DNA of 64,000 nucleotides from NCBI GenBank assembly GCA_004022145.1, contig RCNU01000004.1. One strand, written 5' to 3'. How positions within the stretch are numbered: the stretch's first letter is position 1; each line of letters starts with the position of its first letter. Positions 33,643 to 45,372 of the stretch are shown here, one piece after another. Source of the DNA: Paecilomyces variotii. Its lineage: Eukaryota. Below the pieces are notes generated by a model. The model did not search any database, was not told the origin of the DNA, and saw nothing but the letters and a program-made list of their open reading frames with translations. The position numbers were made by a program, and so were the translations under genes.

Positions 33643-34385
33643 AGCGGGCTTTCTGCTGTGTTTGTACATGTACATATGGTCTAACGTTGTCTTCTGGCGT
33701 AATCGGGGTTTGAATTTCCATAGATGGGTCTGCACATGATAGAATCCGGTACATATTTAGTAATAGAGTTGCATGTTTTTATGACAGTGTCGATTGTGCC
33801 AGAAGATACTTTGTAACGTTCCAAAGTATGGTTTATCGTGGTGTATCCACCAAGTATTTTCCCGTCGTCGTCCGGATGTACTGCGGATCACAAACTGCGG
33901 TCCAGCGTTGCATCCTGTCATCTCGTTCCTGAGAAATCGCCGGAATTGGTAATAAGAGCGTTATCTCTCTCCACAGGGAACAGGATCTTCCTGGCTCGAC
34001 AGAAGATCTCCGAGGACCCAGCAGACTGGATCACAACGTGCGCGTTGAACCGAACTGTCTTCTCCCGGTACTGATTAAGTTAGAATTGGGATCTAGCATC
34101 CGCAGGATTAAGATTAATATTATTCTCCCTTGCGTCGTGCTTAAGTAGATTTTTACTTAGAGTTGGCTCCGATCTTCGCAGCCCCGCCAACAACGAGGAC
34201 TTGGGACGTTCTTACAACGTCCACTCTTCCCCTCTTTCTTTTCCGCTTCACCGTTGAAAGTCTCTCGCACGAGGTCCGTACCCAGTCGGCTGGTTCTCGA
34301 TTTCTGGTTCATTTCCTGCTTGACTTTCTGATTTCAATTGACTTTGTTCGTTCGGTTTTCTGGAAAAGTCTCTTATCGGATCATC

Positions 34386-35616
34386 ATGTCGGCTACCCCT
34401 CTCTATCTCGGAGTCATTGGTATGTCCCACCACGCTTCAGAACCACACATGGCACAAATCTTTCGGCAGAGATGATAGTCAACTCCCGAAGAACTACGGC
34501 TGACTTTTTTTTTCTCTATTGTCTTGATTTCCAGGCGTTGGTGGTGTTGGAGCCGCCTTTCTCAGCCAGCTGGCCCGTCTGCCCAATGCTCCATCGCTCG
34601 TCCTGCTCGCCCGCTCGACGCAGACGCTCCTCTCCCCAGCGCCGTCATACTCCCCTGCTATCCCGGCTGCAGACTGGCAGACTGCTTCGTCGACGCCTTC
34701 CTTGACCAAGTCTGGGTCTCTTTCGCCACAGGAGATCGCATCTTATCTCTCCGCTGCTCCAGGACGCTCTATCCTCGTCGACAACACCTCCGACCCCGCT
34801 CTCGCGAGCGCTTATCCGGTCTTCCTCCGTGCAGGTATCTCTATTGTCACGCCCAACAAGAAAGGTTTCTCGTCGGATCTGTCTCTGTGGAAGGATATAT
34901 TCGCCGCTGCGGCTGAGGGAAAGGCGCTTGTCTACCACGAGAGCACGGTCGGGGCTGGTCTCCCCGTCATTTCGACTCTGCGGGATCTCGTCGCGACCGG
35001 CGATGAAGTGACTCGCATCGAGGGTGTCTTCTCCGGCACCCTGTCTTTCCTGTTCAACACCTTTGCGCCCGTCTCGAGCAGCGGTGCGTCCGCGTCCTGG
35101 AGCGCTGTCGTCGCCCAGGCCAAGGAGCTGGGCTACACGGAACCCGACCCCCGCGATGACCTCAACGGCATGGACGTCGCGCGCAAGCTGACCATTCTGG
35201 CCCGTATCGCTGGCCTGGAGGTGCAGGCACCGGACTCTTTCCCTATCGAATCGCTCATCCCCGCTGAATTGGCCTCTCTGCCCAGCACCCCCGAGGGCAT
35301 TACGCAATTCATGACCCGTCTGCCCGAGTTCGATGGCCAGATGGCCTCGCTCAAGGAGTCGGCAGAAAAGGCAGGCAAAGTCGTTCGCTACGTTGGCAGC
35401 ATCGATGTTGGCAAGAAGGAGGTCCGCGTTGGACTGCAGCAGTTTGACAAAGACAGCGCCATTGCAGGATTGAAGGGCAGTGACAACATCATCAGCTTCT
35501 ACACGAAGCGATATGGCGCCAATCCCCTTATCGTGCAGGGTGCAGGAGCCGGTGGAGATGTCACCGCTATGGGTGTTACGGCTGATCTGATCAAAGTCAT
35601 GGAGAGATTGAGATAG
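34386..35616 (+). CDS. HOM6: Homoserine dehydrogenase; exons 34386-34419, 34535-35616
   Basis: MSATPLYLGVIG/VGGVG Rossmann motif across the intron, then LVDNTS, TPNKK, HESTVGAGLPVI, GYTEPDPRDDLNGMDVARKLTILAR and GAGAGGDVTAMGV. Confidence 0.96.
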
Positions 35617-36201
35617 AGGATAGGAATGTGCCTATATGGTGACTTGGTTCTCAAACCGTGTCAGAGCAGCACGGTGGGAAATCAATGGGGGGAAAAATAG
35701 TCCATACTTGATTAAAATCAGATAGAAGCGAATTGATACCGCAGGCAGAGTCCTCGATGCAATAAATGATGAAGGTGGAAGAAGCTAGATTGCTATCCCT
35801 TAGGCCGTGCCTTCCTGGCTATTCAAATATCATGATACCAATTCATCTCATCTCTCTTCACCTTTCCGCACATATCAATCAATATCTTCATTCCATGGAA
35901 GCTCGAAATATTCTCCCATAGAGAAGTAGACATAATCTGAATGAAAGCGGTTGATATCTGTTAGTGCACGAAGAAACGATCTGTCATATCATCCGTTTGC
36001 AGCAGGTTTTTTGGATATCTTAATTAGAGGATAGAAGCTACTAGATCAGTAGGATCTAGATCCTTTACATGCAAACTGATAAGATAAGTACCGCCTTCCC
36101 TTTCACAACATTCAAAATAAACAGTACTTTATATGAACTTTAGAATTGACTTCGAATATAGTGAAAAGCTAACCCTTTTGCTAGCGATCTCGGTCTTCCT
36201 C

Positions 36202-37792
36202 TTAACTCCTCAAATACGCCTTTACAGCCTCTCCCCATACAGCACCACGCTTATAGAAATGCATCTGCGGTACGCTCCCCTCCTTCAACCCATCAATAGC
36301 CCGCGCCAAATCCTCACCTAGTCCCTCGTCCTTAATATCTCGAATCGGATACCGATATGTATGAAACGCAAATACCAGAGCCCTCGACCACGGAAGACGA
36401 TGTAATGTCTGACGCTCACACCGAACAAAAGTCTGATCGAGATCCAATTCCTCCATTCTCAAAGGCGTTGTTGTTGATTCATCGTCCGCTCCACCGTGGA
36501 TTTTGTTCCCGAAGGCTGAGAAAAGTTCCGCGTCCGTGGTGACGCTCCAATTGACGCGTCGTACGTATTTTCCGACTTCGAGCTTATCGAAGAATCGATC
36601 CATGCTTCGTTCGAGTTTTTCTTTGTATCCGGGAACCGGGTCATGGATGGTTGCGAGCCGATGGCCGAGTTTCTTGCGCGTGTTGAATCCGGCTGGGTAG
36701 CAGGTCGCGTACGCTTCGAGGATGTATTTCGTTGCTTCTTCTTCTCCTTCTTCTTCTCCTTCTCCTTCTCCTTCTCCGTCTTTCTTCTTCTTCTTCTTTT
36801 TTTCGGAGGAAGAAGATTTCTCCGGGAGAAGAATCAAAAAGTCCTCATCAACAGTCTTGATTAACGTCTCCAAAGCCGTAATAGTCGGGGTACTCTTTCC
36901 CACTTCCACAGGCCAGAGTTCTCCCGTGACGAGATTCTGAACCATAACTGCTTTTCCAGCCTCAAATTCTGTCCGATGCAGCTTGAACATCGTCGGATAA
37001 CGACCTGGTAGATACGTTCCCATGAGATAAGTATACAGCTCATTAACAGCAGCGCGCGTGCGCGGATCCGAATCATCATTGACCGCGACGACGGTTTCGT
37101 GATATTCCTTCAAGAGGGAGCGTCGTAGTGCAAGACGTTCCTTGTAGGTTTTGTCCATGGGGATGAGGTCTGCTGGATCAAGGGTCTGGAGGCCTAGAAT
37201 GTCCCCAATTAGCATGTACATACTACATACATAAACACATACATGGTTATGTGATTTTAAATCAAGGAGCGTCCTCATACCCATTGTGAGATGGTACTTT
37301 GGTTTAAAGGGACGGAATTTCAGAGGTTCTGTCATTTCCCAGTTAAAGTCCTCGAGAGGTTCGATTGGTGGGAAGGTCGATGCAGGGAGATCTCTATTTA
37401 ACTTCGCTGCTTCTCGCGCTTCTCTCTGGGGGGTTGTTAGAAATGGCTCATAAATAAATCAAGACCGCTAGCTGAACGTAAGGACCACGAAAAAAAAAGC
37501 ATGAAGTAACTCCAAAATCAATAAACCAAACTTCAAAGGGAAAAAAAAAAAGGAATAAAACCAGGAAAGAAGCCATCACATCACATACAGCTCTCCTCTT
37601 CAAATTCCATACAAACAACCCTACGGTCACAAGGATAAATAGCATCTTCGGCGTGATCTTCACCTCCTCGAGTTTCGTCCGGAGAAAATCCCCCACATCT
37701 TGTCGCGATATAACACCCCGGATTTGATTCCATGGTACGTACATCTCGAGGTTCTTATCGGCCACGTCGCGGAGGTTTGACATGTCGATCAT
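36202..37792 (-). CDS. DUF3445 / HRQ-family protein (heme-dependent oxidative N-demethylase alpha-subunit-like) with N-terminal membrane anchor; multi-exon, start uncertain (37792 or ~37645)
   Basis: RPFKPKYHLTMG/L, DEDFLIL, CYPAGF..RKKLG..LATIHDPVPGY, RVNWSV, VRCERQTLHRLP...FAFHTY. Intron 37280-37194 and a donor near 37589. Confidence 0.82.
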
Positions 37793-38383
37793 TGTCTTAT
37801 CTTAAGTACGGGGAAACCCGTTCTTTAGGAGTATAGAAAGGAACAAGAACAACAGAATCGAATATCTCTATATAATAAAAGATAACCCGGTGCAAGCAAA
37901 AGTGAGACGGGTCACGATGAATCTAACAAGGATAGAGATAAGAGAAAAGAAGAAATCGGCTGTGAGGTTTCGAGTGAACGTTCGGACATTTAATTGTGTG
38001 GTTGACGGTGCCGCCGGACTTTTAACATTCCTTGTTTGTGATAGGTTGGTTTCTCCGCCGTTAGAGGGGACATATCGCCGTTGATAAGATAACTGGAGGA
38101 TAGATTATTATTATAAAGCCGGAACTATCATTGCCTACCCGTAAGATCAAGACCTTCATGTTTCTAACAACTATCAAGAACATCTAAAGTGGCTTACACC
38201 TGACAAATACGTTATAATTGACCCGCTAGGAAAAACTACCTACGTTGGAAGCCAAACTCTCGAATAGGTACCCTATCTACCTACTCAGTTTCTCTATCTC
38301 GCACATCGCTATCATAGAGTTCACTTCGCCAGAACGCTAGGTAAAAATTCCCTAAATATCCACGATTTCGTCCCGCTAGTTAC

Positions 38384-38859
38384 CTAAGTTAGTAACCAGT
38401 GTTCGCAAAATGCAGCCTTGGACTGAGAGCACAATACCGTAGGACACAGTGGAAACTGGACTTCCGAAGTGGGATCGCAAATGTTTTCGTTGTTCGTGGC
38501 TTCCCAGCAAGTTCCTGGAGAGAGATAAGACGTTAAAGGGTCAGCGTGTGTACAGTATAACGTGAAGTGTACCTGGTTTCAGGTATTAAGAAACGAATCA
38601 GTACCGTCACTGCAAATGCATGCCATTTCATTTACCCTGATAAAAGCCAGTTAGATTAATCTCATTTATCGCCAAACTTAGGTAGTTGCGCAGTCCTGAA
38701 AGGCTTATCAGACACATACGGATCTGGGTGGCATGGTTGAGGGCCATAAGATATATCAGGCTCGCGAGCATCGAGGACTGGAGACGGGGATAGGGAAAGG
38801 ACCTGGATAGCCAGGCTGGATGCCAAGACAATCGCAGCGGAACTGGTCAGAGTCTTCAT
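38384..38859 (-). CDS. Small secreted cysteine-rich protein (~95-100 aa); exons 38859-38720, 38636-38605, 38514-~38384
   Basis: Signal peptide MKTLTSSAAIVLASSLAIQVLS. Canonical introns (GTATGT..CTAAC..CAG; GTACTG..CTGAC..CAG) join PCHPDP/VNEMACICSD/GTCWEATNNENICDPTSEVQFPLCPT. The 3' end is ambiguous (possible third intron). Confidence 0.7.
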
Positions 38860-40053
38860 GATTAACTAGGACTTTGTAATGGATTATGTATACTGTAGTA
38901 GCGAGAAGAAGGACTGAATGGGTGTGTGCATGGGCACTTTTATAGTACCATTTTCTAGATGTCTACGAATTTCTCAACCTGCGTAACCTCTGAGTGACCT
39001 GTATAGAACAAAGAAAGAACAACAAAGAAATGCGGACAGTACGGCTCGTTGTGAGACTATATGGGCTCCACAATTGAGATCAATTGATTATCATTGTTAA
39101 GCTGATTATCATAATGTATATTTTCACCCATAATATGGTTCTTATTCCATGTAATCCACTAAAGAAGACCATTTCTGTATTTCCACCGAATAATCTGTAT
39201 TAGATTTACTGTTCAGTATAGCAGTAATATTGAACCGATATAGGTAGCAAAAAATAACGGTGTCAAGACATGGAAAAACCAAGAATCAGAGGAGTATCTA
39301 ACCCGCGAGAACACATCTCGATAATACCTACAGGCCTCGTTAGACGGCGTTATATTATTGCCTTCATATCCTCATTTCCTGAGCTTAAGAGAATCAATTA
39401 AACGCAATTATGATAAGATCTTTGTTCGACATTCGTAAGGAATGATAGCAGTACTTTCTGTGCTGGGATCGATTTCTCGTGCAAACTATGCAGCAGAATA
39501 CTGACCATATGCCGATTCCAGAGACCGAGTAGTACCGCCCACAAGACATTACCACACAATCATTAGAGGTTTACACTGTCACACAAAGACTGGATGCTCC
39601 AGACAGCCTCAATAGACATTGCTTGCCATCAGTCAGTGGAAGTAGCCTGCGGAGATCGCCGTAAGCCGATGCTTGTTTGTCACAAGAGCTTAAGATCAGC
39701 CACGTGGGAGTCGAAGAATCTTTGTTGCTGTGTTGCAGAATGATGTATATAAAATGTATACCATTACAATAACCATACCAGAAGCAATATAATACGAATA
39801 TGTATGCATTGGCAGTAATATGTTTAACGATTCTCTTGCTCACAACTGAAGGAAGAGACAGGGAGAGGGATCCGCTGGTTGAAGATAGAAGAAAAAAACC
39901 AACGCTATCATGAGGCAAAATAAGAAAATAAAAACATAGTAAGCTAGCAGAATAATAGTATTCAGAGCGGAATAGGCATAGACAATATGCGACCGTGGAA
40001 ACATAAAGATGACAACTCAACAGCACATTTGGATAGTTCACATTCGCAGCTGT

Positions 40054-40861
40054 CTAAATTTCTCGAATCCAGTGTCTGCTCATCTCATGCGCCATTAACC
40101 GATGCGCTCCAAGATGTTCCAGCAATATTTGCAATTTGGCGTGCTTGATTCGCGACGGAGGTACATCTCGAGGACTGGCTCCGCGGAAAGTCAGAATCTC
40201 CCTGACGCTCAAGGGGAGATGGTAGGATAGGAGAATGCGATCGAGTTGGGTGTCTGTGAGGCTGTTAGCTCATCATATCAAATCACACTACGAAAAGCCG
40301 CAAAGGTAATGCTGAGAAAGACATACTATCAAGTAACCTCATCGATTCTAGCGTTTTCGGCACTTGGAAGTCCGGCGGGAACCGCCCATCTGAACACATC
40401 ATAGGATGGATCTGCGAGTACTTCTGGTGGCTGGCGTAATGGTTCGCGAGTGCCACGGCCAAATTGGTTTTGCGAACCGTCTCATTAAGACTCATTTCGT
40501 GGTTATATCCTCCTCCCATCTCTTCGAACCGACCACTGCCGGCGGGAAATGGAGAACGAGGCGGCATCTGGCCTGGCGTGGTGAATCGGGGATTGTCACT
40601 GAAATAATCCGCATGAAGGCCAAACCGTGCTCCCTCGAATGCAGCGCCGATATCGTGGGGTGACATGCCCCTATCCTCAGGAGACCTAGTAAAAGGGCCC
40701 CTCGGCATGTTCCTAAAGCGCTCTTCTCCAGAATGCATACCGTATAAGACTCTCAATCTCTCAAGTTTTGAGAAGCGACAAAGGTGAATCCAAGGGCAGT
40801 TAATATGTGAAATGAACGATGTATAGCCGATAATTCCGACTTCAGATGGCATCAAGTCCAT
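40054..40861 (-). CDS. Hypothetical protein, two exons (intron 40326-40254); start uncertain (40861 or 40738)
   Basis: GTATGT..CTAAC..CAG splicing joins ...IHPMMCSDGRFPPDFQVPKTLESMRLLD to NTQLDRILLSYHLP...KLQILLEHLGAHRL...REI*. Confidence 0.68.
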
Positions 40862-41898
40862 GAAGGATGCGTCGTCTTATGCGGTCTCCTGACTTGTAAG
40901 TCCTGGCAATAACAACTCACCACGAGATGTCGTGAAACAGAAAGTAACAAGGAGCACCCTGTTTCATCCCAGTTTGCCAGTCCGCTGGAGCACCTGGAAA
41001 CGCTAAGTGGCGAAGACCGGGAAGCTGCAGGAAAAAGAAGCCAGTAGGCATTGTCTCATTTACTCCAGGGCTGTTCAACAAACGCCTTACGCGAATTGAC
41101 TTGCGCCCTTTGGGCTGCACTGGGCAGGTTGGACAGGAATATTATAGCCACAATCAACTGGGCAACAGAGTCCAGAACCGCATATGGCTTCGACGCGGCT
41201 GAGAATCTCACCCCAGGATTCTATTCCTAAGCGAGGATGTTTGCTTGCTCACGAGGGATCAGCGCAGCCTCACATGTCGCTGTTCAGAAATGGAAACTCT
41301 ATTCACAGTGTAGCCTCGGCCACAAAAGAATAGAGTCGTCAGCTCGCAAAGTATACCAAGTACGTTCATCGTAAGGTTATGGTGCATAGTGAGTCACGCG
41401 AGTATATTGCAGGATGCGAAGCCGTCAAACATCGTAAACGCAATGAACAAGATTTGGAGAGCAAAAACATACAATGCTCTAAGAGAGTCCCAAGCTGAAT
41501 TGCTCGCGGAACTCCGTCACATGAAGCAAGCCTCGACAAGTTACAAGACATGAGTAACTGATGTCCAATTGGCCCACCGGATGACAGACACAGCCTTGAC
41601 GTTGCCAGACGATCACAGTCGACGATCCCAGCTGAATATGAGAGATAAAAGGCATTAAATGATTATTGATATTCTGCGGCACGGTCGTCTCGTAGGACTT
41701 TCTATTGCATAACAAATGTAGACATGCCGGTTAGTCCAGCAATCGGCTTGTCGAGATAATTAAACCGCCCCGTATGGAACCCCGGAGTTGATTTCCGCAG
41801 GGCAGAATCATCCACGGGAAGCGGCATACGGGACCTGATGGCTTCCGAGGTGGTTATGGTAACGATGCCCTCAAATCAGGAGAGAGCGCGTCCCTCGA

Positions 41899-42410
41899 TC
41901 ACCCACTGCTGTCCTTTGGATACCTCCTTCTCAAATCTGCATCCCCGTTCGTAAATCTTTCTGCTTCCATTGCTTTGTCATTATGACTGGACCCGGGCCG
42001 TGATACAGGCCGTGATCCAGGACGGGAACCATAACCACTGCTTTCACGTTCCACTCCGCGAAGACTGAACGCTCGCCGGTGCCCACTTGGTCGCTCGCTC
42101 AGACTCGGGGCGCGGGGCTTCTCTCTGCCTCGTGCCCGGCCTCCAATAACGGGTATCTTGTACGTTGCCAGCCGCCAGATATAAAGTAGGAAATCAAAGA
42201 CTATCAAGAAAGCCCAGGGGCCTATAGTCAGTAGGCCGAGTACGAACTACATACACAGAATAAGGTTAGTATATGTTCTTCAAGTAGAATGCCACCAAAA
42301 ATTCCCGCAGGTGGCAGCGATAGAGCAGCTAGAAGAAGACATACAAAGATCCTCACAACCCAGGTTTCAAACGTAGTGAGATACGGCGGGAGAATCGAGT
42401 ACCACGCCAT
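41899..42410 (-). CDS. Small fungal membrane protein, two exons
   Basis: MAWYSILPPYLTTFETWVVRIF / intron GTATGT..TAG / FVLGLLTIGPWAFLIVFDFLLYIWRLATYKIPVIGGRARGREKPRAPSL. Confidence 0.8.
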
Positions 42411-43397
42411 TATACCTTCGCTGTTCCATGCACACGACCACGATTCCTAAGGATGTCCCCTCTCTTTCCTTATGACCGGCTTTCCTCCAGACAGCTCCCG
42501 CTCAGCTCGTCCGGGTCCGCGTGGTGTTCAACAGTCGGAAGGCTCCGTTGCCGAGTGTTCTGACTTTCCAGCACCGCAACACATTCAAGCAAGCGTTCGC
42601 GCTACGACAGCGACCGCAATCGCCTTCTGTTCAGCAATGAGGGTATAGAGTCACAGCGGATGCCCGAAGAGGGAGCCTCAGTTATCGCCAACGAGCGACA
42701 GGGCCGGATACGCGCGGGGGTTTCGTCGGAGCTGTCAATGCGCAGGGGAGCCTCCTCCACTTTTCAGGGGCGCCACGTCCAGGCAATCACGACAATAATA
42801 CGAGGCGAGCAATTGAGAGAGCGACAGATGATGGAGAAGGAAGAGGAAAGGAGGGGATTGATCTCCCTCCGGAGAGTGGAGAGGTGATGATGTCTTGCAA
42901 GTAAAGCTCCCGGAGTTGATCGGCGAAAGAAACGATCGCGGTCGCGCCTACCCGATCGGGAAATATCATATCAGATGCTCGGGGTTTCGTCCCGGGGAAT
43001 TATTATTATTATGCGAGCTATAGATACCTTGAGATAGCTATAGTGACGATAGAAAATATATAACAGAATGTTCCGGAAGCTATACGAGTACACGTGAAAG
43101 CATCGAATTTGTTCAGCTTAACTAGGTACCTCAGAAGAGCAGCCGGATCGTATGCCTTCACATGATCTTTCAAACGTCATCTCTGATCAACATCAACATT
43201 TTATGCTTCTAGTTCTCCGGCTATTGACCTGCAAATTAGATAGCCATAACTTCAACCGTCGACTCGTCAAATACCAAAGCGAGGCGAGACATGCTCAACG
43301 CTTTATCAGCTTAAATGTGCATAACTTTACATCAACGGTTATAACACCACATACAGCAGTATAGATGTGCGCCATATGATGTCAGTTGACTGTATCC

Positions 43398-44528
43398 TTA
43401 TTCTGACTCCGTAGGCAAAGCACGAGTCCAAGCAAAGTAGGTATGACCGTGTAGAGCGACTTCGCCATTCTCGTTCTTTTCCACACCATCACTCTTCAAT
43501 ATCTCAGCGACCTCTGCTTTGGTGTCCTGTAAACAGATGCATCAGTACAACAACGGACGACCAACAAAGTACCGGAATATCGAAATAGAATTCCGTGAAT
43601 TTACAACTTACTTCTAGTTCCTTTCCCTGCAGAATTGCGATCTGACTGAGCGTGTGGAATCGATCCCAAACCGCACTGGGCGACAAGAATTTTGTGAAAG
43701 GTACAGAGATCTCTTGCAAAGGCTGAGAAAAGAGAATAGGCTTTTGCTCCTTATCTTCCAGGACCTTTCTCCACGCACTATGTCTGAATCGAGGCTGGTT
43801 GTCATCGTGTCTCCAGATGATGTCTTTCATCTTAGCTTCGCCCTCTGTTCGGGGTGTCCATTCTCTGGGCGAGTTATCTCAGAAGAAAGTCAACATCTGA
43901 ATACGTACTTCTTTGAGTCAAGGCTGCGCAGCTTACAATCTTCAATATTCCAGATAACGCCGAAATATCCGCCAGGCTTCAAGACGCGGTGAATTTCCTC
44001 TAGAGAGTCCCGGTTGGAGAACCTGCAGGAAGCGTCAATCGAGGAGATTCGATCGACATAGTCATACTGGATGGAAATATACTCACCAATGCCACGCCTA
44101 AATATTAATTATATCAGTATCACTAGAGTAGATTTTTTTTTACTTCCTATTTTGGTTGGTTCTGAGATGCATACCTGAGCCGCGATGAGCCCGTCAACGT
44201 TCTTAGACGGAACTGGAATAGAAGTCGCCGTTCCATTTACCACCCTTACTCCAGGAAGAGACTTCCTCTCCAGCTCTGCGCGCATCTCGTCGTGTGGCTC
44301 GACAGCCAGGATATCGAATGCCTCCGGTCGCGCCGCAAGAACCTCGGTGAACTTCCCCGTTCCAGCCGCGAGATCTACCACCTTTGCACCTGCATTGCCC
44401 GCCAGATGAAGGGCCGCGAGCAGCTTATCGACCGCCTCTGCGGGGTATGAGGGGCGATGTTTATCGTAGGAAGATGCATTGGCAAAGCCGGCCTTCGCGA
44501 TGGCAGATAGAGACTTTGACGCTGGCAT
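43398..44528 (-). CDS. Class I SAM-dependent methyltransferase (Methyltransf_11-like), multi-exon including an 11-nt micro-exon
   Basis: YDKHRPSYP, VVDLAAGTGKFT (motif I), AVEPHDEMR, IAAQ/AWHW/F, EIHRVLKPGGYFGVIWN, WDRFHTLSQIA, ending ...HGHTYFAWTRALPTESE*. Confidence 0.87.
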
Positions 44529-45372
44529 TGAGTCGACTATACAGTATGTGCTGTCTGTACACCAACAATGTTGAATTTTGAGGTTGAGCCCTGATGATAT
44601 GTTTCCAGACAAGCAGGATAGTTAAACCATAAGATGCAGAATCAACGTTAGTAAGTCCGTCCCTGACTTTACCTATCCTCGATGTCCACGAGTTAAACAT
44701 CTGTCTACCACGTTGGTTAAGTGAAAGTATCCACCCGAAAGGCGGCTTATTCCGCAGCATTTAGTTACCGATGGCGGGAGCAGCAATACTTACTACATGA
44801 TCATTGAAATCGGGAGAACAAATATTATGTGTTCATATTAACAGAATTCAGGGATCGCAAATTTTGGACCAAGAACTAGCAATAGCGACTGCTTTTCTTG
44901 ATTTTCGAGACAAAATTACCTGGACAATCAGAAATTTACCAGAGGATAAGTCACGCCAAAACTAAGCCGGCCGAAAATGTTCCAGTTTTCTCTATAAACC
45001 ACAAGGTATATTCCCACAAAGATATAATAATAGACTAAATAGAGGGCAATAATTTCCATAATACAAACTACACCACTGGTAAAAAGAAGCAGACAAAAGA
45101 CTAGTTGACAGACGCGCAGGACGCCTAAAAATGACGAATCGGGCGCTATGATTGCGACAGGGAGATACAATAGGTAGATTGTAGTGCAGTGGACATGTCA
45201 GACTGCAGAGACTGATCTGACCTCAGACACACAACAACATCTGATCACGATTTAGCTAAAATAATCTCCAAATTTGCTTCGTGGTTATGCTACATCCCAT
45301 TAATCGAGGATAAGCAGGTACCTAGTTACCTTTCCATAAACCACATAATCAATATATATACAGTACACGAGG

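Noticed and set aside
34645-35307. 220-aa antisense ORF over HOM6 (also long antisense ORFs at 24380-25042, 32526-33239 and 50264-50977)
   Set aside because: Expected by-product of GC3-biased codon usage in the real overlapping genes; no independent motifs.
39571-40041. 156-aa hydrophobic minus-strand ORF
   Set aside because: Non-ATG start and T-rich composition typical of the 3' UTR of the gene ending at 40054.
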